In this document: positions 14,400-27,790 of the stretch, one piece after another
Layout of the letters: the number at the start of each line of letters is the position of its first letter
Position numbering within the stretch: the first letter of the stretch is position 1
Source: Vicugna vicugna
Lineage: Eukaryota
Length of the DNA: 64,000 bases
Direction of reading: 5' to 3'
NCBI GenBank assembly: GCA_013265495.1
Contig: MU057640.1
Coordinates: 1,497,303 to 1,561,302 of the forward strand
The notes under the pieces: generated by a model
The model's input: the letters and a program-made list of their open reading frames with translations, nothing else
The model's database searches: none
Told to the model about the DNA's origin: nothing
Translations under genes and position numbers: made by a program

Positions 14400-14816
14400 A
14401 AATGTGTAAATAAGAAGCTTGAAAGTAATGAACACAGAGTACTGTAAATAACCAACCAGAACTGAAAAAAGAACCAGACAGAATTTTAAAATTAAAAATA
14501 TGATAACAGAAGTTTTTTTTTTAAATTCATTAGGTGAATAAATTATGCTTGAACACAGATGAATAATGGATTAGGAACTGGAGGACAGATCTAAAAAAAG
14601 TATTCAGAATGCTTCCAAAATAGATACAGAGACGCAATCATAAGGGACATTGGATGGTGGAGTGAACAGGCCTAACATCCACCTTAGAGGAATACTAGGA
14701 GAAGTAATGGAGAGACTCAACAGTGTAAATGACACCAGTCCTTGAACCCAGAAAGACCAATACACAACAAGCAGAGGGGGAAAGCAATATGCAGGGACAT
14801 CAGAATAAAACTGTAG

Positions 14817-14864
<48 letters not shown>

Positions 14865-15930
14865 TAAAAAAAATTTTAAGAGCCGCAAAGAGAAAAGAGA
14901 ACCACCCACAAATGAACACCAGTGAGAATGATGGTTGATTTCTCGACAGCAACGATGGAGACCAGAAGAGGATCATTATCTTCAATGAAATAACAGAGAC
15001 AGCTATCAACCTGGAATTCTGTAACTAAAGACAAGTCCTTCAAGAACAATAAACATTTTCAGCCAAACAAAGCTGAGACGTTACCATCAATTGACACACT
15101 GAATTATAAAGGAAGCGACCTTTGTGCAGAAGGAAAAGGATACCAGACAGAAGACCTGAATGGCAAAAATGAATGATGTGAAGCCTCACACAAGACAACA
15201 GTTAACAAGCAGATGAAAGATGCTCAACCTCATAAGTCATCACAGATAACAAGTTAAAATCCAGTATGGGACCACTACATACCCACTGGAATAGCTAAAA
15301 TTAAAAACCATGACAGCAAGGACACGGAGCAAACAGGACTCCCTTATACCTTTGCTGGAGTGTTAACCGATACAGACCCTCTGAAAAAATGTTTGGTAGA
15401 TCTACTAAAGTTGAATGTATGCATGTGTTATAACTCAGCAATTCAACTCCTAGGTGCACAGCCCACATAAAAGGACACATGTGTGACAAAAGATCAATAA
15501 GGATGTTTGCAGCAGTGCAATTCACAACAGCCTCAAATCGGAAACAACCCCAGTGTGTATCCATAACCGGAAGAAAAAATTAACTGATGAATTCCATACA
15601 TTGGAACACGGTAGTTACAAAAAGAAAATCTTGCCACCTGCAACAATGTGAACATATAATGCTAAGAGAAAGAAGCCATATAGAAAGATACATGTTGTAT
15701 GATTCCTTTTACAGCAAGCTCAAAACCAGGCAAAATTAATCATCAGTGATTATAATGAGAAGTCAGAACATGTACTTCTAGACTGATAGATTCTTTGACT
15801 TCTTGATCCGGGAGCTGGTTACATAGATGAGTTCAATTTTTGAAATTGGTTGATCTGTCCACAGATGATTTGTCACCTTTCTGTGTGTATGTCCTACTGC
15901 AGCACAAATTTATTTTAAAATATAATAAAT
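14400..15930 (+). mobile_element. Ancient L1/HAL1-like ORF1 relic followed by L1ME-like 3' end
   Basis: A-rich ORF1-like text at 14400-15180, then L1 3' motifs (cagcaattcaactcctagg, tgtatgattccttttac). Confidence 0.6.
14818..14858. repeat. (CA)n microsatellite, about 20 units
   Basis: Directly visible. Confidence 0.98.
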
Positions 15931-15939
15931 GATGGGGGA

Positions 15940-16519
15940 AAAAAAAGAATGAATGATAAGCAAAGATATTGGCAGGAGTATTACAGAAAAGATGCTGTGT
16001 TCCTTTCACTGCAGCCCCCTCAGGTGGCACACAATTTTGATTTGAATTTTATTGATGATGTCCACATTGATGAACTGATTAAAGTAATATATGCCAGACT
16101 TCCTCACTACAGAGCTACAAACACTTCTCCATTTGGTAATTAATAAATATTCCTTAGGGGGGGTACTCTGAAGCTATGTGAATATACTGTTCCTCATCAA
16201 GCTTTCAATTAATCAATCCATTCATTCATACATTTGTATTATTCATTCATGTATTCAGTGGATTATAATATATTATTATCATGGTTTCTTATAAATGATT
16301 ATGACCTTTATTTGTTTTGTAGTCCAACCTGTCCCAGATTTGGCCAGCAGAAAACCTTTCAGATGGCATCTAGGTCATTCTTACATGACCGCATCATTCT
16401 TTAAGCATTTCCTTAATTTCTAAAACTAGATGTTTCAGTCTCATTTTGTACTTTCTATTTCTCCAAGGAGCTCTGGTTCCTTTTATTGGAGGGTGGTATT
16501 TAGAAATCAAGATTCAAGT
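15940..16519 (-). mobile_element. L1MC4-like 3' UTR, left part (continues at 21126-21186)
   Basis: Reverse complement of the same family text seen at 13500-13800 (gtcccagatttggcc; ctctggttccttttattgga...tttagaaatcaagat). It resumes after 21125 with gtgcttactgctactggg...acagagctaaggaata. Confidence 0.75.
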
Positions 16520-19500
16520 CAGGATCAAGATGGCAGAGGAGGAAGACACTGAGCTCACCTCCTTCCATGGACACATCAAAACTACTACTACATACAGAAC
16601 AACTTTCTCTGAGAACAATCTGAAAACTAGTAGAACAGTTCATCTACAGATAAGGAAATTAAGAAAAAAACACACTGAGATGGGTAGGAGGGACAGAGAC
16701 ACAGTCTAGTTAGGACCCACACCCCCAAGGTGACAACCTACAAGCAAGAGGGGTATCACTAATTTGGAGGTCCTTCCTAGAGAGCAGGGGGTTCAAGCCC
16801 CACAATGGGCACCCCCACCCAGGGGACCTGCACCAGTAAAACAAGCTCCCATAATGTCTGGTTTTGAAAACCAGCAGGGTTACATCAGGGAGAGCCAACG
16901 AGATGTGAGAAATCTTAAAGGGCTCATGCACAAACTCACTCACTCCAAGTCCTAGTGCAGAAGCCGCAGTCTGAAAAGCATTTAAACCATAAATGGAGAT
17001 TCAATGGCTGATGTTAGGGCAAGTGCTGAAGGGGCAGGGATCTACTAGAACTTCCTTCCAGAGAGAAGTACTGACAGGTGTCATTTAAAAAAACATTTTT
17101 TAATCCTCTCCTGGCCTGGCCCTGGTAGGTGCCATTTCTGACATCTGCCATGTATCTAGCTAGCACCACTGACCCGATCCCAGCATCCCCCTATGGACCC
17201 ACTCCAGCCAGGGCCTTCCCAGAGTGGCTCCTGTCCTGACACACCAACAGGGACAGTCTCTGCTGGGATGGGCACACCTCCAAAGCAGGTCCCGCCCCTC
17301 CACGCTGCTGCGTGGCCTAGGCCCAGATTGCCGCCCCTCCCCAGTGCCACCTCACGAGCCCCGACCGACCTACCAAAGCAACTACAGCGGTCATGGCCAA
17401 GCCTTATAATAAGCCTGCCCAGGGGCCAACCCACCCAACAGCACATCCACAGAACAAGTCTTGATAAATTTAAGAAGACTGAAATCATACCAAGTATCTT
17501 TTCCAATCAGAACAGTGCAAAACTAGGAAATAACTCTAAGAAGAAAACTGGGATTATACTGTACAGCACAGGGAAATAGATACAAGATCCTGTGGTCGCT
17601 CACAGCAACAAAGAATGTTCATGTATACCTGAAAAATTGTGCTGTACACCAGAAATTGACACAACATTGTAAAATGACTATGACTCAATAAAAAATGTAA
17701 AAAAATAAAAGTGGAAAAGATACAAACACATGGAGACTAAACAGCATGCTATTAAACAATCAATGGGGTAAAAAAGAAATCAAATAGGAAATTTAAAAAA
17801 ATATCTGGAGACAAATGAAAGGTTGGAAGGTTGTGTTTAACTTTCCAAAAATCTATGGGACACAGCAAAAGCAGTTCTAAGAGAGAAGTTTATAGTAATA
17901 TAGGCATACCTAAAGAAACAGGAAAAATCCCCAAAAAGCAATCTAATCTTTCACCTAAATGACCTACAAAAGTAAGAACAAAATCAAAAGTTACTAGAAG
18001 AAAGGAAATAACAAATATTAAAGTGGAAATAAATAAATTGAGACCAAAAAAAGTAGAAAAGATCAATGAAACTAAGAGCTGACTCTTTGAAAATACAAAC
18101 AAAATAATCAAGTAAAAAATGAAGGGCATAAATAAATAGTCTGAAATGAAAGAGACGTTACAGCTGATACCACAGAAATATAGAGGATCATAAGAAACTA
18201 CTATGAACAATTATTTGCAATCAAATTGGAAAACCTAGAAGAAATGGATAAAATCCTAGAAACTACAATTTTCCAAGAACCAGGAAGAAATAGAAAATCT
18301 GAGTAGATCAATCACAAGTAGTAAAACTGAATCAGTAATTACAAGTAATAAAATTGAATCAGTAATTAAAAAAAAAAACCTCCCAATAAACAGAAGTCCA
18401 GGACCACGCATCTTCACGGGTGAATTCTACCAATCATTTAAAGAAAAGTTAATACCTATCCTTCTCAAACTATTCCAAAAAATTGAAGAGTAAGGAAAGC
18501 TTCCAAACTCATTTTACAAAGCCAGCGTTGCCCTGACACCAAAACCAAAGGACACTACTAAAAATAATAATAATAACAAAATAAAATAAAAAATTACAGG
18601 CCAATATCCTTGATGAACATACATGCAAAAACTCTTAAGAACATACAAGCAAACTGAATTCAACCGTATTTCAGAAGGGTCACACACCATAATCAAGTGG
18701 TATTTATTCCAGGAATGCAAAAATGGTTCAACATTCACAAATCAATTAGCATGATACACTACATTAACAAACTGAAGGATAAAAATCACATGATCATCTC
18801 AACAGATATAGAAACAGCTATTTTCATACAATTCAACACTGATTTATAATAAAAGCTCTCAACAAAGTACGTATAGCGGGAACATGCCTCAATGTAACAA
18901 AGGCTGTATATGACAAACTCATAGCTAACATTACATTCAGGAAGACAAGAATGCCCACTGAAACCATTTTTATTCAACATAGTATTGGAAGTTCTAGCTA
19001 CGGAGCTACTAGACAAGGAACAGAAATAAAAATCATCCAGAAAGGAAGAATGGAAATTGTCACTATTTGCATATGACATGACCCTATACATAGGAAACCC
19101 TAAAGACTTCCCCAAAACACTATCAGAACCAATAAATTAATTCAGTAAACTGAAAGCTACAAAGTTAATATACAGAAATCTCTTGCATTTCTGTACACTA
19201 ACAGCAAACTATCAGAAAGAGAAATGAAGAAACAATCCCATTTCTAATTGCGCCAAAAAGAATAAAATACCTAGGAATAAATTTAACCAAGGAAGTGAAA
19301 GACCTATACTCTGAAAACTATAAGACACTGATTAAAGAAATTAAAGATGACACAAATAAACGGAATGACATAACTCAGAATGAAAGAACTAGTACTGAAA
19401 AGTGTATTAGAATTAGTATTAGAAAAAAATGTCCATGCTACCCAAAGCAATACACAGATTCAATGCAATTCCTATCAAAATATCAATGGCACTTTTCACA

Positions 19501-21107
19501 GAATTGGAATAAATAATCCAAAACTTTGTATGGAACCACAAAAGACCCCAAAAAGCCAAAGCGATCTTGAGAACGAGGAACAAAGCTGGAGGTTTCATGA
19601 TCCCTGGTTTCAAACTGTACTCCAAAGCTACAGTAAGCAAGAGTACGGTACTAGCAAAAAAACAGACCTATCGATCAGTGGAAAGAAAAGAGAGCCCAGA
19701 AATAAACCCACACACACGTGGTCAATAAATCTATGACCACAAAAAGGCAAGACTACACAATGGGAGAAAAGACAGCCTTGCTTCAATAAATAATGCTGGG
19801 AAAACCAGACATAAAGAAGAATGAGTCTGGACCACCATATTATACCATATACGAAAATAAACTCAGAACGGATTAAAGAATTTAAATTTAAAGCCTGAAA
19901 CCATAGAACTCCCAGAAGAAAGCATGCGCAGAAAGCTTTCTACATCTATCTTAGCAATAATTTTTTTTTTTGGATCTGTCTCCTCAGGCAAGGTCAACGT
20001 AAGCGAAAATTAACAAATGGACCACATCAAACCAAAAAGCTTTTGCACAGTAAATGAAATCAGCAACAACTGAATGGGAGAAGACATTAGCCAATCACAT
20101 ATCTGATAAGAGGTTAATATCCAGGATATATAAAGAATTCATCCAACAACAAAAACAGCAAAAACCCCCCAAACGATCCAATTATAAAAATGAGCAGAGG
20201 ACCTGAACAAACATTTTTCCAAAGAGAGACAGACAAGTCAGACAGACAGACAAATGGTCAACAGGCACATGAAGAGATGAAATCAAAATGAATTATCACC
20301 TCACACATGTCAGAATGGCTCTTATTGAAAAGACAACAAGTGTTGGCCAGAATGTGGAGAAAAACAAACCCTCATTCACTGTTGGCGGGAATGTAAATTG
20401 GTGCAGTTACTATGGAGGACAGCATAGAGCTTCCTCAAAAAAACTAAACATAGAATTACCATATGATCAAGTAATTCCACATCTGGGTATTTATTTACCT
20501 GAAGAAGACAAATATACTAATTTGAAAAGGTATTTGTACCTCTATGTTCATAGCAGCATTATTAACAATAACCATGATATGGAGGCAACCTAAGTGCCCG
20601 TCAACAGATGAATGGATAAAGATGTGGTGTGTCTATACATACACACACACACACATACACACACACACAAGAATAAAATCTTGCCATTTGTGACAACATG
20701 GATGGACCTAGAGAGTATTATGCACAGTGAAAAAAGAGACAAATCCCGTATGATTTCACTTATATGTGGCATCTGAAAAATAAACAAATGAACAAACAGA
20801 ACAAAACAGCAACAGATTCATAGATACAGAGAACAAACTGGTGGTTGCCAGAGAGGAGGGGACAAAAAAGGTGAAGGGGATTAAGAGGCACAAACTTTCA
20901 GTTATAAAGAAAAATATGTCACAGGATATAATGGATAGAAGAGGGAATGTGGTCAATAATACTGTAATAACTGTTGACAGGCAGTAACCAGCCTTATTGT
21001 GGTGATCATCTCACACTGAATATAAATGTGGGATCACTATGTTGTACACTTGAAACAAATAATGTGCCTGTATGTTAATTACACTTCAATTTAAGAAAAA
21101 TAAAGAA
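16520..21107 (+). mobile_element. LINE-1 (L1MA-type) with 5' UTR, no ORF1, decayed ORF2 and 3' UTR
   Basis: 5' start caagatggcagagg. ORF2p-like translation HRTSLDKFKKTEIIPSIFSNQN from ~17447, RT-region text at 18400-19300, C-terminal LNIELPYDQVIPHLGIY. 18 bp TSD AGAAATCAAGATTCAAGT (16502-16519) / AGAACTCAAGATGCAAGT (21108-21125). Many stops and frameshifts. Confidence 0.92.
17552..17706 (+). mobile_element. Short younger L1 3' end nested in the larger L1
   Basis: Shares ctgtacagcacagggaa and tgctgtacaccagaaattgacacaacattgtaa with the L1 ends at 23068, 42248 and 60034. A-rich tail; imperfect TSD AAAACTGG/AAAAGTGG. Confidence 0.8.
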
Positions 21108-21186
21108 AGAACTCAAGATGCAAGTGCTCGATGTGCTTACTGCTACTGGGGGCTACAGGCACTGTTAGTGACAGAGCTAAGGAATA

Positions 21187-21532
21187 CAGTGGACTCTCCA
21201 TATCCATGGGTTCCACATCCTCAGATTCAACCAAACGTGGAGGAAAAAAGTCGACGGGGGGAAATTCCAGAACGTTCCAAAAGGCAAAATGTGAATTTGC
21301 CATGCACCGGCAACTAATTACATGGCATTTACATGTTATTTACAATGATTTAAGTAACATTTACATTGCATTAGGTCATTATAAGTAATTTAGAGATGAC
21401 AAAGTATAAGGGAGAATGTGTACAGGTTATAAGCAAATACTATGCCGTTTTATATCAGGGACTTGAGCGTCCTTGGATTTTGTATCTGTGGGGGTCTTGG
21501 AACTAATCCCCACAGAAACTGAGGGACAGCTG
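21187..21532 (-). mobile_element. MER2/MER2B-like TcMar-Tigger DNA transposon
   Basis: Termini CAGTGGACTCTCCATATCC...GAGGGACAGCTG are decayed inverted repeats flanked by TA on both sides (21185-21186, 21533-21534); internal text matches recalled MER2. Confidence 0.85.
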
Positions 21533-21599
21533 TATAATACGTATGTGCTTATACACATATACATACACACAGACACGCACATTTATATCTACATTCACA

Positions 21600-22570
21600 G
21601 GAGTTTTCAAAGAACTCAGCAAAGTGATTACATATAAATTTTACATGAAAAGTTAAAGGCCCAAGAAGACTCAAGCTGCTCTGTGAGAGGACAGTACTGA
21701 GGGACCTACCCTACCAACTATCGATTACAACACAGCGGTAATTGTAAGTTAATGTGCAAAGGCTGAATTATCTGATAATGGTACCTGCACATATGTTTAT
21801 CCACGTGGGGGGAAAATCAAATCGAATCCCTATTCCACTTTCCATATAAAATTCATTTCCCATTTAACTGAAGACTTGTACATAAAAGGCAAGATTATAA
21901 AACTTTTAGTAGACAATAAAAGCAGATTTTATGGCCTCAGCATAGGTTAACAACATAAAAAAAGAAAAACCATAAAGAAAAATAAATTTGTTCTGCGTTA
22001 AGATAAAGAACTTCTGTTCATTGAGAGACCATCAAGAAAATAAAACGATAAACCACCAATTAGAAAACATATAAGAAGCAAAATGTAAGTATGTAGACTA
22101 CATCTCTTATAAATTTGGAAGGAAGTCTGGCAATCTAACAGAAAAAATGGACGAAAACTAGGAAAGGAAATCCATAAGCTCCTTAAATATATGATATGAT
22201 GCTTGCTTTCTTTAGTAAATAAGGGACTACAAATAAAAAGCACCTTTCTATACCTACCAGCTTGACTAAATTTAAGAAGTCAAAATCAAGTGTGTGGCAA
22301 AGATGAGAAATGGAAAACATTCAGACTCTGGTGGGAGTCACACTGAAAGAGCCACTTTGAAAGGAGTCACACACAGGCAGATCCGACCAGCCAGCAACTC
22401 CATTCCTGAGTTGATGGTCACCAGGAGAATTGCCACCCAGAGACAAATACAATTATTCACAACCACAGAAAACTGCAAACAATTCCAATTCCCACAGTCG
22501 AATAATAAACAGGAAAATAAAATGTGGCTTTGTTAGCAGCAATAAACTGTGAACTCTGATGCTAAATGCA
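21600..22570 (+). mobile_element. Ancient L1 ORF2 3' relic
   Basis: Diverged L1-like motifs (tataaaacttttag, aagaacttctgttcat, cagcaactccattcctgag). Confidence 0.55.
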
Positions 22571-23067
22571 TCAGTGTAGGAAAATTCAAGGGAGCAATAT
22601 CCCCAAATACTTTTTCAGAAAAAAAAAAAAAACTAGCGATAAACTAAGTTTCTGAATATTAGATTACAAGCTCTCTGAAGGTTGGGTCAGTATCCTTTAA
22701 CAATCATTAAAAGCTTCCCATAGTTTTGTGCTCAGAATTGTTGAATGTTTCCAAGACACAGGCAATTAAGTACTCCCAGAGACAGCTGCAACAATTCCTA
22801 CAGCTCTGAACACAATATTAAGCCCACAGCAAATACTAGATTAAACAAAATCAAACCATAGATCTCAGTTATTTAAAGAAGAGGGTACTTAAATTCCAAA
22901 AGTCTACTGAAAATACTTCACAAGGCACCACCTGCATTGTGGTTTTTCAAAATTTTTTGTTTAAAGATTCCCCCCCCCCAGATATTACTTTGTTAGCTAC
23001 TGAGACAGGTGAGATTGCTTCTAAGAACGTAAATCAATTAGACTATCAATTCACTTAAAATTATATA

Positions 23068-23386
23068 TTTGAGATTTGCAAATGTTAGCCACTATATATA
23101 AAAAAAGATTTAAAAAAAAAAAGCCAAATGTCTTCTGTATAGCACAGGGAACTATATTAAATGTCTTGTAATAACCTTTAATGAAAAAATATGAAAACAA
23201 ATGTATGTGTGTATATGCGTGACTGGGACATTGTGCTGTACACCAGAAGCTGACATATTGTGATTAAAAATAATAATAATAATAATTTAAATATATATAT
23301 ATTAGACATTGTGCTGTACACCAGAAGCTGACATATTGTGATTAAAAATAATAATAATAATAATTTAAATATATATATATATATTA
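23068..23386 (+). mobile_element. Young-type L1 3' end with tandemly duplicated terminus
   Basis: Reverse-complement match to the L1 end at 42248-42480; the terminal 78 bp unit is repeated (23227-23304, 23305-23386). Confidence 0.85.
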
Positions 23387-24528
23387 GAAAAGTATAACTT
23401 TATACCAAAAAAAAAACCTTTTCAAATCAGTACAACAGGATTAAAAACAAAATAAAATAGTCATGAGCAAAACTGCTTAGAGTTGTATCTGTGGTCCTCT
23501 GGTAAGTAATCAGCTCTGGTGACACCATTTGCTAAGCTGACCTGGCCAAGGCTAGAGTGCAGGGTGCCCAGGAGCCTTACAACCACCTTCAAAGCAAAAG
23601 GTGCCTCACACCTTATAAGATTAACCAGTGTTAAGAATCTGGAAAAGTCATAAACTGAAATTTAGCATCAAGGATACAATCTATTTTCCTTGATTTTCAA
23701 ATGTTATATAAGAGTGTTCGGAATTCAGAATATTGCAGTCCACATTTTATATAGGTGGATGCATGTATAAAATTTTTAAACCAGACAGTAAGTTACAAAG
23801 AGACACCAAGTGACAATTCTAGCTGACTCAGCTCTAATTCATTTTGTTCGCTTTCTAACACTATTTTAAAAAGAGCAATTTTGTAGCCCATAGAAGAGAT
23901 TTCTATTTTAAACTGAGGTGGCAATCTTTACTTATGTAAGAGGTAATTATACAAGTTAGCAGAAGAAATGAACTGCAATGGAATACACCAGAAACACGTT
24001 AGGGAGAAACATTCATTTTCATTCTCAAGGGTATGTACAAAGTGCATCGGTCTAACAGTCACCAAATTGATCAAGCCGTAATTTGGCTACACAAATTCTC
24101 CACTCTTTCCTTCTGAGCACACTGGATAATCAAAAGACAGTGTTTGCGTTTCTGTCTTTCGTGGCAACTGTGCATTTGGCCTGAATTCTAAATAACCAGG
24201 TTCTTCATGAAATTTTTGAAATTCAGCCAATACACAGATCTTTTCACTAAAAATAAGCATGAAGGAAACAGGCTCAAATCGTGTCATATTTATAACTACT
24301 CAAAATGGAGGAGAAGAGCATTCTCAGGCAAGTTGGATAAACACGAACAGACCTCACCATCACCATACATGCTCCACTGGCACTAAAAACAGAACTGTTG
24401 TTAAGAAACTGAAGCATGAATATTCAATTGAATGTTTCATGACATCAGCTTCTATGGCTTAAAATGTATTGATATAATGCTTAACCAATCCCAACGTGTC
24501 TTTCTACACTGGTTAAGCCTATCCTAGG

Positions 24529-24966
24529 TGTGATGGTTAGTTTTAAATGTCAACTTGGCTAGGCTACAGTAGGCAGTTTTTTAATCACTGATTTAGATGT
24601 TGCTGTGAAGGGCAATTGTAGATGGCATTAACAGCTACTATCAGTTGACTTTATTAAAGGAGATTAGCTTTGATAATGTGGGTGGGCCTCATCCAATCAG
24701 TTGAAGGTCTTAATTCCAAAGACCGAGGTTTCCTAAAGAAGAAGCAATTCTGCATTAAAGACTTCATTAACTTCTGCCTGAGTTTCTGGCCTGCCAGCCT
24801 GCCCTACAGATTTCAGACTTGCTAGTCCCCACAATTACAGAAGTCAATTCTTTAAAATTAATCTCTTTATATGTAAGTATTATATGTGAGTAAGTGTGTG
24901 TTTGTGTTTGTGTGTGTGTGTGTATTCCTCTTGGTTCTGTTTCTCTAGAGAACCTTAACTGATACA
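24529..24966 (+). mobile_element. ERVL solo LTR, MLT2-like
   Basis: TG...CA termini, tgtgatggttagttttaaatgtcaacttggctagg start, gggtgggcctcatccaatcagttgaagg core, ggttctgtttctctagagaacct...aca end. Confidence 0.88.
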
Positions 24967-26386
24967 TTGGGCAAAATGGGACTCTCACTGTGAGTTTCAA
25001 AGAATTTTAAATTTAAAATTATGCAAGGAAAGAAGAGCCTTAATTCAATTCAATTCACCTGGGGAACAAAGGCATCAGGAGCCTGCCCAAAGACAACTCC
25101 TAACGGCTGAGATGCCCCATGACTAACAACTAACTGAAACAGAAGCAGACAATGAGGAGTGTGCCACAGTGTCAATATGAAACAAAATGCTGTGGGAAGA
25201 GCATTAGTTCTAACCTAGGATCTGGGGAAGAGGGAGGAAGGCTGGAAGAAAAAGGGGCAAAACACACAGAGAATGACACTAATGAGCAGAGCTGTCTAGG
25301 TAAGAACGTATTCGTCTAACCTTTTTAGGGCTTACGTCCCAGGTGTTTCACCTAGACTATCCTATCTGATTGTTCGCAACAATATTAAGAGACAGATACA
25401 ATTATTATCCATAATTCTCAGGAGGGATGGGGTTGCTAAAGACATCTACAAGATGCACAGCTACTAAGCGGTACTAGGTCCCAATTTTGAACCTATACCT
25501 GTATTTGAGTCCCTGAGCTATGTGCTTCCCTAATACTGTTTACCAGGCAGAAGAAAAACAGGGCAAAGATATTCTGAGCCAAAGAACCTTATGAGCAATG
25601 CAGACGTACAAAGCAAACGGCATATTATATTTGAGATTACAGGGTAATGGTACAAGCAGAAATAGAAAAACAAAACTGTATAAAAAGAAAATATTTCTAG
25701 TCCCAAACTGCTAACCCACAAATTTACCTTTTTCCCCCCTTTTCCTATCTCAATAAAATTTAACAAGAATTATAAAATTACAAATAATTTCACAGAAGTA
25801 CGGGAAATCCCAGTATAGATGACATCAGCAGATCAGGGTAGTGAGAAATTCTGAGGAATAGAAAGCATATGGGAACAGACTGAAGACAAAACTCAATAAG
25901 GCTGAGAGACCAAGAACCCCTTAGAAATAAGAGGATGGGCTTCCAATTAAATTTTCCTAGCAGAACCTGGGAAAAACTAAAAACCAGTGTCAGCAGATTC
26001 TGGGAGAAAAATCAGTGCCAGCCAAGCGTTGGATGGTGAGGCAGGTGATTGAAGAACGTTAAACTGCATCAGTCCCTTCTCTCCTCTGGGAAGCTACTAG
26101 AGTAAGACCACACTGACCCTTGGGACTAAAGAAACAGCCAGAGTGATCGTTGGGACTAGAGAAGCTGGACAACATCCCAGGTAACATAACATAGTTCACC
26201 TGCCCTTCGAAGGCAAGGAACCCACACATCTCCTGGGGAAATCCACCCTACCCCATATGGCTGGCCCACCCACCACGGTTACTGTAAATCAGAGCCTAAA
26301 GGTACTACCAGGTGGACCGTCTCAACATCGCTGAATTCAAACTTCTGGTTCTATCATTCACGATACATAAATCCATGAGGGACAAC

Positions 26387-26890
26387 TGAAGGGGTTTAGA
26401 GCATGCTACTCGAAAACATGCTGATCTCGCATACTGACTATTTTGAGCTAAAGGCACTTAAAAACAACAGGTGCAAGAAAGGCACTCTGACCTCCTCTTT
26501 TCCTCCTGAAAACAGGAGATAAAAACTCCCACGTGAAAGATGCCCTCCCTGAACCTGGAAGAAAAGAACATTTTGATCACCAGAGACAGGGTCGAGGCTG
26601 AGAAGAATCTGTACAAACTTTTTGAAAATAACCCTGTTATCTTCCTTTAGCCTCCCCTACATTTTAGTTATTTTTTTCCACAATCGCTACTCTTTGTTCA
26701 ACCTGATTATATAAACATTTAAGCCTAACTGGTTCTTTGGGTCGTCATTTTCCTGTCAAAGTTCCCAGGTACCAAAAAAAAAAAAAAAAAGCATATGCTT
26801 TTCTCCTGTTAATCTGTCTTGTGTGAACTTAATTCTCAGGCACAGTCAGAGGCCTTAAGAAGGTAGAAGAAAAGCGTTACCTCCCCTACA
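26387..26890 (+). mobile_element. ERV1 solo LTR, MER34-like
   Basis: TGAAGGGG...CCCCTACA termini and a 4 bp TSD CAAC/CAAT typical of class I ERVs. Confidence 0.82.
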
Positions 26891-27489
26891 CAATCGCCAT
26901 TCTAGGAAAGTCAGTTACACGGACAAGAGCATCAAATTCAAGAATGCCTAAGGAAAAAGAGTGAACATAAGAAAACAATAAACACGCTTGTAAAGTATAA
27001 TAAATTTCCTCAAGAAATTCAAGGAAATATGATATCCACAAAAAAAAAGAGAGAGAAAATGATTATTTTTGGTTAAAACAAGATTCTTGGGAAATAAAAG
27101 TACGAAGGGTGATCAACATCAGATCATGGAAGTCTTAGTTGGATTCTACACCCCAGATCCCACCCCCAGTGGACATACTACGCTCTGTCTATTATCCTCT
27201 CCCTTTGGCCCCTTCCTTTCTGCCTAGAAACACGTCTCAGTCTCCTTTAATTCATAAAAAGCTTTTCCTTTGACTCAAACACTCCTCCAAAATAAAGAAG
27301 TAATAAGGTAAGAAGGTGTCAACGATGATCTGGAATTTCCTGGCTTAAGTAAGTGGGTGGGTGGTTCTCCCATTAGATGAACAATGAAGTAAGAGGGAAG
27401 GGTGGGAAATGGGGGAGAACTGGATGATGCTGGACAAAATTTAAAGTGTCTCTACAGAAAGAGATTATAAACTAAGAGCCTACACATTG

Positions 27490-27790
27490 AACTTGGTCCA
27501 TGGGCATCTTTTCTTTGGCCCATGCCGTGTTTCACAAAAATTCAATCCATCCTTGAAAGTCCAGCGTATTGAACATGTAAAATCCTGATTTATAGCTTCT
27601 CTTGAGAACCTGGGAGATCTGGTAACTTTGGGCCAACATTCCCAAACAGCAACAACGGCCAGAGCCAAACAGCCGGCATGGGACGTGCACCCTCCCACCT
27701 CCCACCACCCACAACGGTCTTCCTGACCCTGAGCCTACATCAACGGCCACTGATCACTCCACTTACCCTGCTGTTTTTGTTAGTGTAGAA
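27490..27790. mobile_element. MER102-like hAT-Charlie relic
   Basis: aaaatcctgatttatagcttctcttgag...gatctggtaactttgggcc...agcaacaacggccagagc resembles recalled MER102. Confidence 0.6.

Noticed and set aside
17193..17579. 128 aa proline-rich ORF
   Set aside because: Read-through of an L1 5' UTR into an ORF2 fragment and a nested L1 end.
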